Positions 51,976 to 64,000 are shown, counted from the stretch's first letter. The stretch: 64,000 nt of DNA from Octopus vulgaris (GCA_951406725.2 OX597815.1:48112001-48176000); one strand, 5' to 3'. Notes: generated by a model not told the origin, from the sequence alone. Program-made: numbers and translations.

Positions 51976-54003
51976 TTACAGGGGGCAAATGACTGAAGAC
52001 ATTTAAGTGTAATAAAGGTAGTATCAGACAACATTAAGAGAGATGTCTAGGAAATAATGGGGATAATTATTAGTCATCAGATATTTAGTACCAAATACTA
52101 ATATTCATATGACGATGGAGTCAAAATAAAAATTCACCAGATAACTTGCTGATTCCATCTTGAGTGCTTTATCACCTAAGTTAATCTTTGGTACTTGTTT
52201 AAGTAACAACATCAAAGGATTTCCCAAAGAACATCGCTTATGAAATTCATCTTTGATAATGAAAGGTTAACAGATAACCTTAAAAAAAAAATTCCTCCCC
52301 GCTCAAAAAACTCCACAAAAAAAAAAAAAAAAAAACAAGGAAAAAAAGCGTTGTCTCAGTCATTTTCTTTTACTTTACATTTATTTTTTTTTTTCAAATT
52401 TATTTTATTTTATATTTTCTTTTTATACAAATTATTATTGCTAAATTATCCATTCCAGAAAATGTAAGCTTTGAAAGTCATAAAAGCTGACAGATTTCTT
52501 GCTAATCAGCTTCTCACTTGAAAAACGCATACACACATACAAGCCATGCACACACACACACACATTCCCATGCAACTTATAGAAAAGTTAGCTCAATTCA
52601 GTAAACACACAAATTCAGCCAAGCCTGAAAATGGTGATAATTTCTGACCTTTCAATTCGTCTCAATATTCCACCATGCATAACACCCACACTTCATAAAT
52701 AACTCCACCTTAACAAATTCCTAGCTTCACCTGTCATACGTCACTTAATTTAGTCTTATTTAATATTCTTCTTTTATTACATTATCCTTCCTATATTGCA
52801 TTTACACTGTGTTGTTTTTTAGCCTTACATTTAGAATACACAAGTTCTTTTTCTTTATTTTCTTTTGCGTTTTAAACTTTGAATATCAAATACTCTACTA
52901 CCACCACCACCACTACCACCAACTTTCATTCTTTTCACCTGGGGTGGGGTTTGATTCTAATCTGAAGACATCCCTACCACCCTTACCACAGCAGAGCAGA
53001 TCGCTCCCACATAGGACAATTATTAAACTCTCTCCAAGGTACACCAACCAAATTCATTGAATAACAGCTGATTAATGCAAACATGACACTCTTTCCACCT
53101 AGTTTCTTGTAGAATAGCTTAAGTACTCCAGGACACTTAACTTCCCAGCTATCTCTTCACTGTAGATCAGCCAACATTTGTTTATTAGGCATACCTTCTT
53201 CACCTGCACTCCTTCCATACTGCATATTAGACCATCCATAATATGATTCCCCTCCCTTTAGCCTTCTTCTGTGGCTGATTAGTATCCTACAGGACACATT
53301 CTCCTCCCTCTTCAACTCTCCCCAGTGGGTGAATTCCTAACACCCTCACTGGCATTTAATTGCCCTTCCCTCCTTCTCCTAAGCTTCACACTTCAGCGTG
53401 AAATCAACCTACATTGTGACATAACTCACACTTCAATTAAATATGATTCCCTCATTATTTCACTTTGAAGAGAAGCCTAGCAATTCCATGAGTTCTCTTG
53501 GAACCATTGTGTTCATTCACAGTCACCCAAATATTTCTCTGCTGACAGTGGTTGAAAATCAGAAAACAAAACCTTTGAATATTTGAATTAAACAAAGAAA
53601 TCAAACAGGATTAGCAAGAAATAAATAAATAAAATAAAACAAAAGAAATAAAAAAGGAGAAATTTCTAACAACAACATAAATAATAATAATAATGATAGA
53701 AAAATAATTTCTTCCCCTAAAATATCTGAAAGGAAGGAAATGTGTATGAATGCTTGCAAATTTGTATGAATAAAACTGTATAGGTGCATGTATGTATATA
53801 TGTATTAATGTGTTTGCGTAAATATCATATATCTTAAAATCAGATGTACTATGTGGAATGTGTGTGCATGCATGCATGTGTGTATGTTCATACTAAGATG
53901 AAACTAAAAATGAAGGATGAAAGCAGAGAGAAAATGATAAGTGCAAAAGGCCTCTTGAGGAATAGAGTAAGAAATGTATCTGTAAAGAGGGAGAGAGTGA
54001 GAT

Positions 54004-54048
<45 letters not shown>

Positions 54049-54049
54049 C

Positions 54050-54490
54050 TAATAATGCTTTCTACTGTAGGCACAAGGCTTGAAATTTTGGGTGCAGGGA
54101 CTAGTTGATTACATCAACCCCAGTGTTTCACTGGTACTTAATTTATCAACCTCGAAAGGATGAAAGGCTAACTTGGCCTTGGCAGAATTTGAACTCAGAA
54201 TGTAAAGACATGAAATGCTGCTAAGCATTTTGCCTGGCATGCTAATGATTCTGCCAGCATACTACCTTAATAATAATCCTTTCTATCTAGGCACAAGTGC
54301 TGAAATGTGGGGGAAGGGATAAGTCCATTACATTGACTGCAGTGTTCAACTGGTACTTAATTTATCAACTCCGAAAGGATGAAAGGCAAAGTCAACCTCC
54401 GCAGAATTTGAACTTAAAATGTAGCAATCAGTGAAATACCGCTAAGCATTTCATCCAACGTGCTAACAATTCTGTCAGTTTACCACCTCC

Positions 54491-54525
<35 letters not shown>

Positions 54526-54745
54526 CTTTACTACTCTAGGCACAAGGCCCCAAATTTTGGGGGAGGAGAGGGCCAGTCGATTAGATCGTACTCCAGGACA
54601 CAACTGGTACTTAATTTATCGACCCCGAAAGGATGAAAGGCAAAGCTGACCTCGGCAGAATTTGAACTCAGAGTGCAAAGACAATCAAAGTACTGCTAAG
54701 CATTTTGCCCAGTGTGCTAATGTTTCTGCCAGCTCACCACTTCAA
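54050..54745 (-). mobile_element. Three head-to-tail copies of SINE family E separated by (AAT)n
   Basis: ggcacaag...ggtacttaatttatc...gaaaggatgaaaggc...atttgaact repeated at ~54070, 54290, 54540. Confidence 0.9.
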
Positions 54746-54771
54746 AAAAAAAAAAAATAACAATAATAAGT

Positions 54772-55255
54772 TATCATGTACATTGTTTTGTCTTGGCATA
54801 AAAGATGGGCTACAGCAAATATTCTGCTCAATACCACGGATTTGCTTGTCAGATGTTTGACCTTAACCACTTGTCCCTTAGTGGCTGACAATATGTGCAT
54901 CTCTGATCACGTGCAGAAGTAGTGGGGGCACATCAAAGCCATGTGTTGAGAGGGATTCTTTGGGGTTTGAATAATTCACCTCTGGAAACATGGGTGTTTC
55001 GTTCAACATCCTTAAACAACCCTTATTCAAGGATCTTTTGAGTGGGATGGGTTACTCGATCAGAAGAAAATGGTCCCCACCTGCAAGGTCATGTGCTGTT
55101 TATCTTGATATGAGATCACCATGTCACGCACATATGGTTGTGATGCATGTGCCTAGTGTACCCTTATCAGATGAGTAGTCATGATGGGTATACTGGGCTT
55201 CGTATATTTTACCCCAGTGTCACTTTGATGGCATGCACTGCTCTCTCACTCAATA
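54772..55255. mobile_element. Interspersed repeat (SINE/LINE-tail-like) between (AAT)n tracts
   Basis: Discrete higher-GC block bounded by AAT microsatellites; recalled as a recurrent octopus repeat; single copy in this window. Confidence 0.5.
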
Positions 55256-55266
55256 ACAATAATAAC

Positions 55267-55309
<43 letters not shown>

Positions 55310-57543
55310 TAATAATAATTATTATTATTATTATAAGTGAAAAGGGATTAGTAAATCCAGGCAGAAATCTATAAAGCACTGTGTTAAATGATTTTGATTA
55401 ACTATATCTAACAATGAGCTACCCAATTTTGGTTTGCCTTGATAACATTGTGTTAGCATGTATTTTCAGATATAATATTTTGACTGGTATTGTATACCTT
55501 TTCCTGTATCTAAATATTATTGCACACTAGAAACAATAGTCGGTAACGCATGGTGTAATTATCAGTTAATGATGCAATTTTCTCCATTCTTATTCTTGTT
55601 TCATATAGTGGTTAGTGGTTAGGGCGTTACACTTATGATTGCTAGATCGTGATTTCAATTCTTAGATCAGTTGGTGCAATGTTTTCTCAAGCAAAACACT
55701 TCATCTCACATTCCTCTGCGATCATTTCAAGACCTGATGCATGGTATATGGTGCATCTGTTCAGACGTCGATTTGATGGAGAGAGTGAGCTAATGTGTGG
55801 CATGAACATTTGGCAGGTTGTTCGGCAAAAGCTGAATGCTCATATGTTATCTGTGATGGGAGAGCCCATCAGACACACACACACATGGATGGACGGACGG
55901 ACAGACGGACGGATGGACAGATACATAGACTGTGCAGAGAGATTATCTCACATGATCAAATAGAAGAAATGATGTGCAGATGATGTGCAGATCAACAACT
56001 ATTCGGTTATTCATATTTTCATATATCATGATCAGATTTATTTTTCCTAGTTAACAATACATTAGACATACTTAGGGAAAAAGAGGAGAAAGTATTTAAA
56101 AAGAAAATAGTTGTTTTTGCTTTTGTTGTTGTTATGAAACTTTGCCAAGCATGATCTGGCAGGGTTAAGACACATAAGTAATTGATTAAAATCAATTAGG
56201 TGTAATCCATAGGTACAATGTTAAAATTTGTCTCAAGCCTCCATGCCCATTTGGCTGAAGCTTATCTTAGTTTCCAAGACATTTATGTGACAAAGAGCAC
56301 AACACCTTTTCTCATGCCTGAACGGGATACCAATCTATTGGAAGGCCAACAGTCAGCTTCTACAATTACTCTTTTTTTTTTTTTAAGCAGAGTGAACTAA
56401 AGCAACATGAAAGGAAGTACCTTGAAGTAACACCTGGTCTGGCAATTGAATCTGCAATTTAACAATTGTGAGCCTAAAACCTGAACCAAAAGGCCATGTG
56501 CCACTGTGTGATTAATGACAAAGTATAGTTGTTTAGTTCAATGTCAATCCTCACTGAAAAAACCTATTATGTGGCACAGGCACTTTTATGTGGCACTGGC
56601 ATGGGAGCTATTATGTGGCACAGTGTTGTTTGTATTATTGATATGCTATATATGCAGAACTTTATATACATTATGAAACATCTAGTGTGATTTCACTGAT
56701 TCATTGTTGATGCTATAATCCCAGTAAATGTAGATAGTGTGTCTTGCTGTTAGCAATTTCTACTTCAAAAATGTTCACTTTGGCTGTTATAAAGGCAGTG
56801 GCCATTTGATACAATATCTAGAAAAAATTACGCATATATATGTAAGCACCTGTATGTATGTATAGATGCATGTATGTGTATACACATATATATGCATATA
56901 TATATATATATATATATATATAAAGATGCTCCCATCCATTCATTTATCTATCTATCAACTGGTGCTGGCATGTTTACATCCCCATAACTTAGCAGTTCAC
57001 CAAAAGAGTCTGACAGAATAAATACCAGGCTTCACAAAAATATAATAAGTACTGGGGTTAATAAGTTTGACTGAAATCATTCAAGTTATTGCTGCAGTCT
57101 AACGACTGAAACAAATAAAAGATATATGCTATTTGTGGGTATTAAAGACATACGTTATTTGTGGGTTGATAAGGCCTCCAATAGTTTCATGAAGAAAGCA
57201 ACCTCTCAGCTGTCATGAAGATGTGTACCAATGTATGCATGTGATAGGCTTGAGTATTGTTGGAAGACTACTACATGAAACCATTGGTAGTCTTATTAAC
57301 CCACAAATAAGAATATTGATCCACCAACGTCAAATGCGGCATACTTGAATAATTGTTGAGCAATATGTCTCTCTTTCGACATGAAACCAATGGTAGCCTG
57401 GTTAAAGCACAAATAAAGTGTGTGAGTGTGTATGTATATGTATATATATATATCAAAGAGTGAATAGACAAATGAAAGAAGGGTACCAAACACATTTATT
57501 AGGAGTTACATGTATAGATCAAAACAGTTTGATTCAAATTTCT

Positions 57544-57583
57544 TGGTACTCTGAGTTTCAAGCATGTGGCTGGTCTTCAGCCA
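57544..57583 (-). ncRNA. Minimal type I hammerhead-ribozyme motif with intact core
   Basis: TGG CTGAAGA CCAGC CACAT GCTT GAAA CTCAGAG TA CCA: core CUGAAGA/GAAA, GUA cleavage triplet, palindromic stem III, 3-bp stem I; degenerate mirror copy at 59186-59225(+). Confidence 0.7.
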
Positions 57584-58273
57584 TTACAGTCTGAATGAGA
57601 GATTGATTGAAGAGAGTCAATGTTTATTACACGACATTAGCCTGTGATTGGTTGAGAAAGGTCATGTGGTATTAATGTTTGTATTTTAGTATTTTAGTGA
57701 CAGCAGTTAGATGGAAAATACCACATGAACAAGAAATAGACCACATGGTGAATAAGATATTGGTCATGTGGTTGAGGGAAGTAGGAAGGAGCAGTTGATG
57801 TGGGTGTATATATGTATATATGTACATATATATGCCCATATACTTGCATGTATGCATACATGCGCGTGTATGCATGCTTAGATGCACATACACACACACA
57901 TGCCCAGGCACACACACACACATGCACACTTATCTCAATGTACATATGCACATGAGCACATGCACACACAAGTGTGCACATATACACACATGCATGGGTG
58001 TACATGTAAATAGGAATGCATGCACACACATGTACACCCACACATCCATGTGCATGCATACAGTGAGCAAATGCATATGTGCACTCATGCACATGTGCAT
58101 ACAAGCACACATACACTCATGTGGTCATACACAAGGGATGATGTATAAGGTGGGTGAGAATATATGGACAGACAAGTATGGGAAAGTGTTGGGGATTGGT
58201 GATTTGCAGTAGTGTTCATGGGGTTAATTTGTAATGATCACCTTGGTGCAGACAGTGCTAGGTGTGGATTGTA

Positions 58274-58624
58274 CTAAGGAGGTGTATCCAGATTGTCAGT
58301 GGCCAATGGTTTGAAATTTACCAGCAGGATGTACCTCTGGTGACAGCAATACGATACTTCATATTTTTTGTTGATGGATACAGTGGGTTGGTAGATGATG
58401 TGCAGTTTTTCATGGAGGCACAACTGGTAATTAGGAGTGCTGGGTGAATATGGTGGCACCCTGTTGATAATAGTCCACTTGATGCTAGGTGTTTCATCTC
58501 AGAGGTCACAAAGTCTCCAGAGAAAGCACGACAGGGAAGTTGAGGTCTCTTGGTCCCTGGATCTAAATGAATGCAAATGCTGGGAGTATCTTCACTTGAA
58601 GTCACTGGCTGTCATACCCGTCTA
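58274..58624 (-). pseudogene. GIY-YIG endonuclease C-terminal remnant of a Penelope-like element
   Basis: One frame: *TGMTASDFK*RYSQHLHSFR...STSLSCFLWRL..*..SIKWTII..VPPYSPSTPNYQLCLHEKLHII...SINKKYEV..CCH; fits the YIG-T..FKxRY..H..SF, LS..IW, WxI, CxLCLxEK, LNKRxE, CRH pattern; three stops. Confidence 0.85.
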
Positions 58625-59514
58625 GTGCCTAGTAATAACATTGGATGGTGTAAGTTTGTGCACATGAGTGTGTGCATATGTATATGGAAATAAAGGTTTG
58701 TGTGCATGTGTGTATATATGTGCACATGCATGTGTGCCTTCGTGTATGTGTGTGTGTCTGTGTATACATACGCGTATGCATGTGTGCTTTTGTGTATGTG
58801 TGTGTGTGCTTTTGCATATGTGTATGTGTGCAGATGTAGGAATGTACATCTAAGCATATATACACACTCATATAAATACTGATGCATACACACAGATATA
58901 TGGGCATATACATGTACATATATACATATATGCCCCCACATCTACCGCCCCTTTCCTACTTTCCCACCAGCCACACAACTGATATATTGTCCATCACGTG
59001 GTCGATTTCCTGTTCACTACGCGATCAATTTCCTGTTTACCACGTGGCATTTTCCATCTAACTGCTGTCACTAAAATACTAAAATACTGACATTAATATC
59101 ACAAGACCTTTCTTGACCAATAGCAGGTTAACGTCCAGTAATAAACATTGACTCTCTTCAATCAATCTCTCATTCAGACTCCAAATGGCCAAAGACAAGT
59201 CACACACTTGAAACTCAGGGTTACAAAGATTCTGAACCAAACTGTTTTGATCTATACATTACTGCATAAAAGAGTACTGTTGGCAGGTTCCAAAATCATT
59301 GTGATCTCCAGCCGACAGCTGAAGAAGACAATGTTCCACAACACAAGCTGTATATAGACCATATGTATGCAGAGGTGCACATATACATATATGCACATTG
59401 ACGCATGCCCCCATATATAAATTCATATATATAAATTCATATTAACACACGTGCACACATATTAATTTACATACATATCAATACATATCCTCATTTATAT
59501 GCTTATATATAGTA

Positions 59515-60044
59515 CGAGCAAAACGACCCCCGTCCAATGTACGGTGCTGAGTTGTCAAACATTTAAACCAAATTTTCTCAAAACAACTTGTTCGACCATC
59601 CCATAGGCCTCCCCTTTGAGAAACACTGATTTAACCTAAATTTGAGACACCAACAAAAGAAGAAATAAAGATAGACTTCTTTTCTATTCCAAAGAAAATA
59701 TGCAACTGAAGAGTTTAAAGTACCAGTAATGATAAGGCTGTTGACTGGGAGAATACAAACATGGTTTAAACAGTAAGCTTGGCAGGAAAGAAACATGCCT
59801 TTAAGCAGTACAAAAACAACAAAAATGGAAGGTGCAGTTATGTATAGGTTGATGGGAGAAAAGCAGGGTAAAAACGGCTTTATTGCTCGCATTCTCACCT
59901 GGAATCGATTTTTGTCATTTTTCAAGACTTATACACACCCTGATATTGTCGGTATCTACATATCAAATTTGAGCGCAATCGGATGGAGGATGCCCAAGAT
60001 CCTAGAAAACACACACACAGACAGAATGGATTTTATATAATAGA
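59515..60044 (-). mobile_element. Non-autonomous Helitron
   Basis: Minus strand starts TCTATTATATAAAATCC, ends with hairpin ccgtacattggacgg then CTCG (CTAG variant); A/T insertion site. Confidence 0.75.
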
Positions 60045-60642
60045 TATATCTCTCTATATATACATACACACACTTATACATACATACATACATGCTCCCA
60101 CGAATGCATATTGACATGTTTAAGAAGTGCCATTTATTTATATTTCATCTAAACTAATGAAACATTCATTAATGAATATATTTATAGCTGATATCATCGG
60201 CTGAATAATAATAAAAACAACAACAATTGCTATTGTTTCTAATTCCTTTGTTTCTTCTGTTTCTTCTTGTCATTGCCTATTATGAACATTAAGGAAGTGG
60301 GTGTTGTCTTATAATGTTTCTCCTGATGATACACACTGCAATGTGAAAGAAGCTATCATATATTAAAGATAGCTAACTGTCGAAAGTAATTAGCATTACT
60401 TAATATCTATGAGCCATTCACAGCAGTCAGTAACTCGGGGGGGGGGGGGGGAACTAACAGGTCCACAACAAACAATATTCAGTTAGTTTTTGCTAAAGAT
60501 TACAAGCTTAGAGCAGAAATGTATCACATTTCCCAAATGAAAAATCAGAGTTAAATTACAAGCACTGCTGAGAAGGTTTTTATGCAGTTGCCTTAAGGCA
60601 CAAGGTTTACACTTAAATAATTTTCCTCCTTTTGCATGTTCA

Positions 60643-60773
60643 TTACTTAAAGACCATTATGAATGCTTTTCTGACTTTGACAATATCAGTAATTTCATTT
60701 CGAGCCGTACTTCTCATTACATCGTCGAAGTATGTGTCGATATATTTTTCCTGGCGTTGCCTCCTCATCTTCA
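60643..60773 (-). CDS. Candidate exon or small ORF (MRRQRQEKYIDTYFDDVMRSTARNEITDIVKVRKAFIMVFK*)
   Basis: tcctctttttctcag acceptor, CpG-retaining non-repetitive sequence, two open frames; no homology recognised. Confidence 0.35.
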
Positions 60774-60824
60774 CTGAGAAAAAGAGGATCTTGATGAGAC
60801 AAATATAGAGAATGTTGTTTCGGT

Positions 60825-60940
60825 CACTGAGTCATAGTGCCTGAGGGCAGAATTTGTCACAACCAATGAATGTTTTGTAAAGTTGGATATGGCAGCGTGC
60901 TGACATTTTACTAGCTTTCACACTCGTTGCCATGTCAACG
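60825..60940. promoter_or_regulatory. Motif cluster: AP-1 site, CCAAT box, RFX X-box-like palindrome
   Basis: TGAGTCA 60828-60834, CCAAT 60863-60867, GTTGCCATGTCAAC 60926-60939 (one mismatch to GTTGCCATGGCAAC). Confidence 0.35.
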
Positions 60941-62729
60941 GTGCCTAAAATGACAAAATGCCTACAGATAAAAGGCTTTTTATGGCTCACTCTTTCCAAC
61001 AACCAAATAGCATTCACACAAGGTGGTGGGTGGGAGGAAGATTGCAAGGGCAGGTTAATACTTTTAGGGCGATCACTTTCCTTTATATTTAGGCATGCAA
61101 TACTCTAAATATGCCTAATATATTTCAATAAGATAAAACATTATTAGCAGGCCCTAGCCTATTTTTATCCAATTACCTTAGCCTTACAAGCAACAAGCAT
61201 TAAGCAAATAATTTAAACAAAGGCTTCAATAAATAATTTACAGAAACCACTTGTTAATATCGTTAAATTTCTGAACAATTTACCTAAATATAGATATTTA
61301 CATAATCAGGGAAGCAAAATAGGAAAATTATCATAAAATATTTTACTCTCATCCAAATAGAATTTAAAATTCCTTGTTATCAATTACTCAACTGAAAACT
61401 GGTTTAGCCAATTCTTCAATACAATTCAGCGTGAACCAAAATTAGTTGAAAATAATTAGCTTTGAATTTGATATATATTTTATAACTAATTGGTTGTCAC
61501 AGATCTATTGCCAGGAAAATTCAAATTGACATTATATATATGGGTGTGTGTATGATTATATATATGTGTGTGTGTATATATATATATATGTGTGTGTATG
61601 ATTATATATATGTGTGTGTGTGTGTATATATATATGTGTGTGTGTGTGTATGTATGTATGTATAGGACTTAAGATATAAACTCAAATTAGGCAATCATAC
61701 TCATACATATATAAATTTGACTTAAAATGCATATACATATATCAATACATATCAACATATGAATATTTAAAAAAAATATAATATATATATATATATGAGG
61801 GCAGCGGTGGGCGGGTGTAAAGGAAGAAATGACGAGGATGCATGACACAAGTGAGCGAGGAGTGGGCATGAACAGACTGGGCGTCTGTCCGTTTTGTTTG
61901 TTCGTTGTCGTCCACATGTGTGCGGCCTTGCTGTTCCTCTTCTGCTGCTGTCGGGTTCCGTTATGTGTCGGCCACATGATTTGGGGCGGCCGTCGCAGCG
62001 CTTTGCAATGATGACAGTCTGGCATTGTGGGAGACGGAGGATCAAGCTGCGCACATGCTAATCCATCCATCCAAACATATATATATATATATATGTAGTT
62101 TTAATTACAGGGGATCCATAAAAGATCAAAGTATATCAAAGTGAAGCATGCCACAAATTGGCTAGACAGAATGACACAACATGGAATGCATCAATGAAGG
62201 AGCTTCACTGTTGTTATGTAATTCGGAATTCCAAAAGTATCCAAAATTAGTTAATAATGAATGGTAACTTAAGCATGGTGTAACAATACAATAAAACAAG
62301 TCACTGCTCACTTGTTTATTTGGTGGTCTGTTGAGTCTGGAGTTATGTATCATTTTATACAATCTAATTGTATTATGCTTATGTTACAATAAAAATTTCT
62401 AATGAAACAATTGTAGTAATGCTGGATAATCCAATTGCTAATGTCTGTATGTCTGTCTGTCTATCTGCCTGTCTATCTATCTATCTATCTATCTATCTAT
62501 ATCATCATCATCATCAATTAAACATGTATACATGCATGTGTGGGTATGTGTTTGTGCATACTCTTCTCTAGACATCAGGTAATGGTTATAAATGAGCATC
62601 CCTAGCATATCAGACAAGTGAGGTTGTTCACTTACACTCTTCTGTGAGAAACATGTCAAGCTATGGGAAAATATCACCTTGCTTGGAAACTGGTGAGGGC
62701 TAGCAACCAGAAAGGTGTGGCTGGCTTCA

Positions 62730-62975
62730 TGTTCTTGCTTGATTGGGCTGGGATCATTCCAAGTTAGTGGTCCCAGAGGTATCATCATGTGTAGAGCTGA
62801 CCAGATCCTTCAGTGCTCTCAATCCCTAACAGTCTTGTGCCAGCCCCTCTGCATCATCCAAGGTGATGTCGAACCTCTGGAGATCCTTCCCAATCATGTC
62901 CAGCCATCGAGTGCTGTATCTGCCATGAGGCCTCTTCCAACTTGGATGTTGCATTGAATGAGAATGAAGCTCTGG
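62730..62975 (-). mobile_element. RTE-clade LINE 3' fragment
   Basis: HPSWKRPHGRYSTRWLDMIGKDLQRFDITLDDAEGLAQD fits the RTE WKRPxGRPxTRW..D.I..DL...AQDR motif. Confidence 0.8.
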
Positions 62976-63420
62976 CACAATGATCTAGCAGGAAACGAAA
63001 AACACGTCTGTACCATCACATGTGATGGAAATCTATGAGGTAGGAGGCTATGGGCTGATATGTGCGTACACACAGTTCTTTGTATCGATCTGTAAAAAAA
63101 ATAAGCCTCAATAAATTCTGTCTGACACATGCAAGCATGGAAAAGTGGACATTAAATAATGATGATGATGACGATGATTAAATCATTCTTTGCAGAAATT
63201 TCAAAAACAAATATTTGCCAACTCATCATCATAGTTTTAACAATTTAGCATTCAAATTACTCTGTCACACGTAATGCTTATTTTATTTGCTCACTTTGTT
63301 TTTGAATTAATCATACATTGTCTTGAAGTTTTGAGATTTCGATGAGGTGATTGTTTATTTTCAGAGTGACATCAAAGGGTACGCATGAGAGGCTGAAGCT
63401 GGCCAGTTTGAATGTAAACT

Positions 63421-63642
63421 GGCAAGCTGGCAGAAACGTTAGCACGTCGGGCGAAATGCTTAGCAGTAGTTCGTCTGTCTTTACGTTCTGAGTTCAAATT
63501 CCGCCGAGGTCGACTTTCCCTTTCATCCTTCCAGGGTCGATAAATTAAGTACCAGTTACGTGCTGGGATCGATATAATCGAATTAATGTCCTTACTTGTC
63601 CCCTCTATGTTTAGCCCCTTGTGGGCAATAAAGAAATAAGAA
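63421..63642 (+). mobile_element. SINE family E, young copy, nested in MITE 63241-63680
   Basis: CpG-retaining copy with gagttcaaattcc B-box; the flanks join into the ccctttagcatt MITE family. Confidence 0.88.
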
Positions 63643-64000
63643 TATTTGGGCTGGATGTAGTTGGTTTAAATGCTAAAGGGTCAATATCTACTTTGCCATG
63701 CTAGCATGGGTGAGGCAGAATATCTAGAATCTCTCTTAACATAGGTTTACTCAATCATTTTTTGCCAAGGGTTGAACAACAACAACAATAACAACAGCAG
63801 TAACAACGACAACTGTAGCAATAAAAGCAGCAGCAGCAATAACAACAACAAATATCTTATTAATCTTGTGTAGAAGAAAACAAACATGACAGTTATAATG
63901 CTTGAAATGTCTGATATTTCATAATTTAGCTTCGTATGAATAAAAATTCAGCAACAAAAAAAAATAACAGGTAATAATAAAATGATAAAAATATAAAATA

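Larger units (their letters stand above)
57500..59265 (-). mobile_element. Penelope-like element (PLE), 5'-truncated, with long inverted terminal arms
   Basis: ~57510-57900 is clearly the reverse complement of ~58840-59259 and the CA-rich inner parts continue the symmetry; the centre encodes a GIY-YIG remnant; hammerhead motif in each arm. Confidence 0.85.

Noticed and set aside
5275-58941. [12 protein letters not shown]-rich ORFs throughout the ORF track
   Set aside because: Products of (TA)n, (CA)n and (TG)n microsatellites
60320-60405. CTGATGA...CGAAA with two small hairpins as a hammerhead
   Set aside because: Stem I does not pair and stem II closure is mismatched; not distinguishable from chance

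Overview
AT-rich, intron/intergenic-type animal DNA. The SINE families and dense (TA)/(CA)/(AAT) microsatellites look like an octopus (coleoid cephalopod) genome; this is an inference from repeat recognition, not a database match. No full-length protein-coding gene is visible, and almost all ORFs in the supplied track are microsatellite or repeat artefacts. Most of the window is tRNA-derived SINEs, 3' fragments of RTE and CR1 LINEs, three non-autonomous Helitrons and TTAA piggyBac-type MITEs, often nested. Main points: (1) a decayed Penelope-like retroelement at ~57.5-59.3 kb with a GIY-YIG endonuclease remnant between ~600-bp inverted arms, each carrying a minimal hammerhead-ribozyme motif, plus several other hammerhead-like relics across the window; (2) a 2.45-kb patchwork fold-back of a 32-bp minisatellite and AAAATTTT blocks inside a SINE with no target-site duplication; (3) a 110-bp near-perfect palindrome at 49.55-49.78 kb; (4) a speculative series of short minus-strand exon candidates, including a 5-nt microexon and possible alternative hydrophobic C-termini, that splice in frame and may be the 3' end of a large unidentified gene. 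Coordinates were counted by eye; repeat boundaries are approximate.
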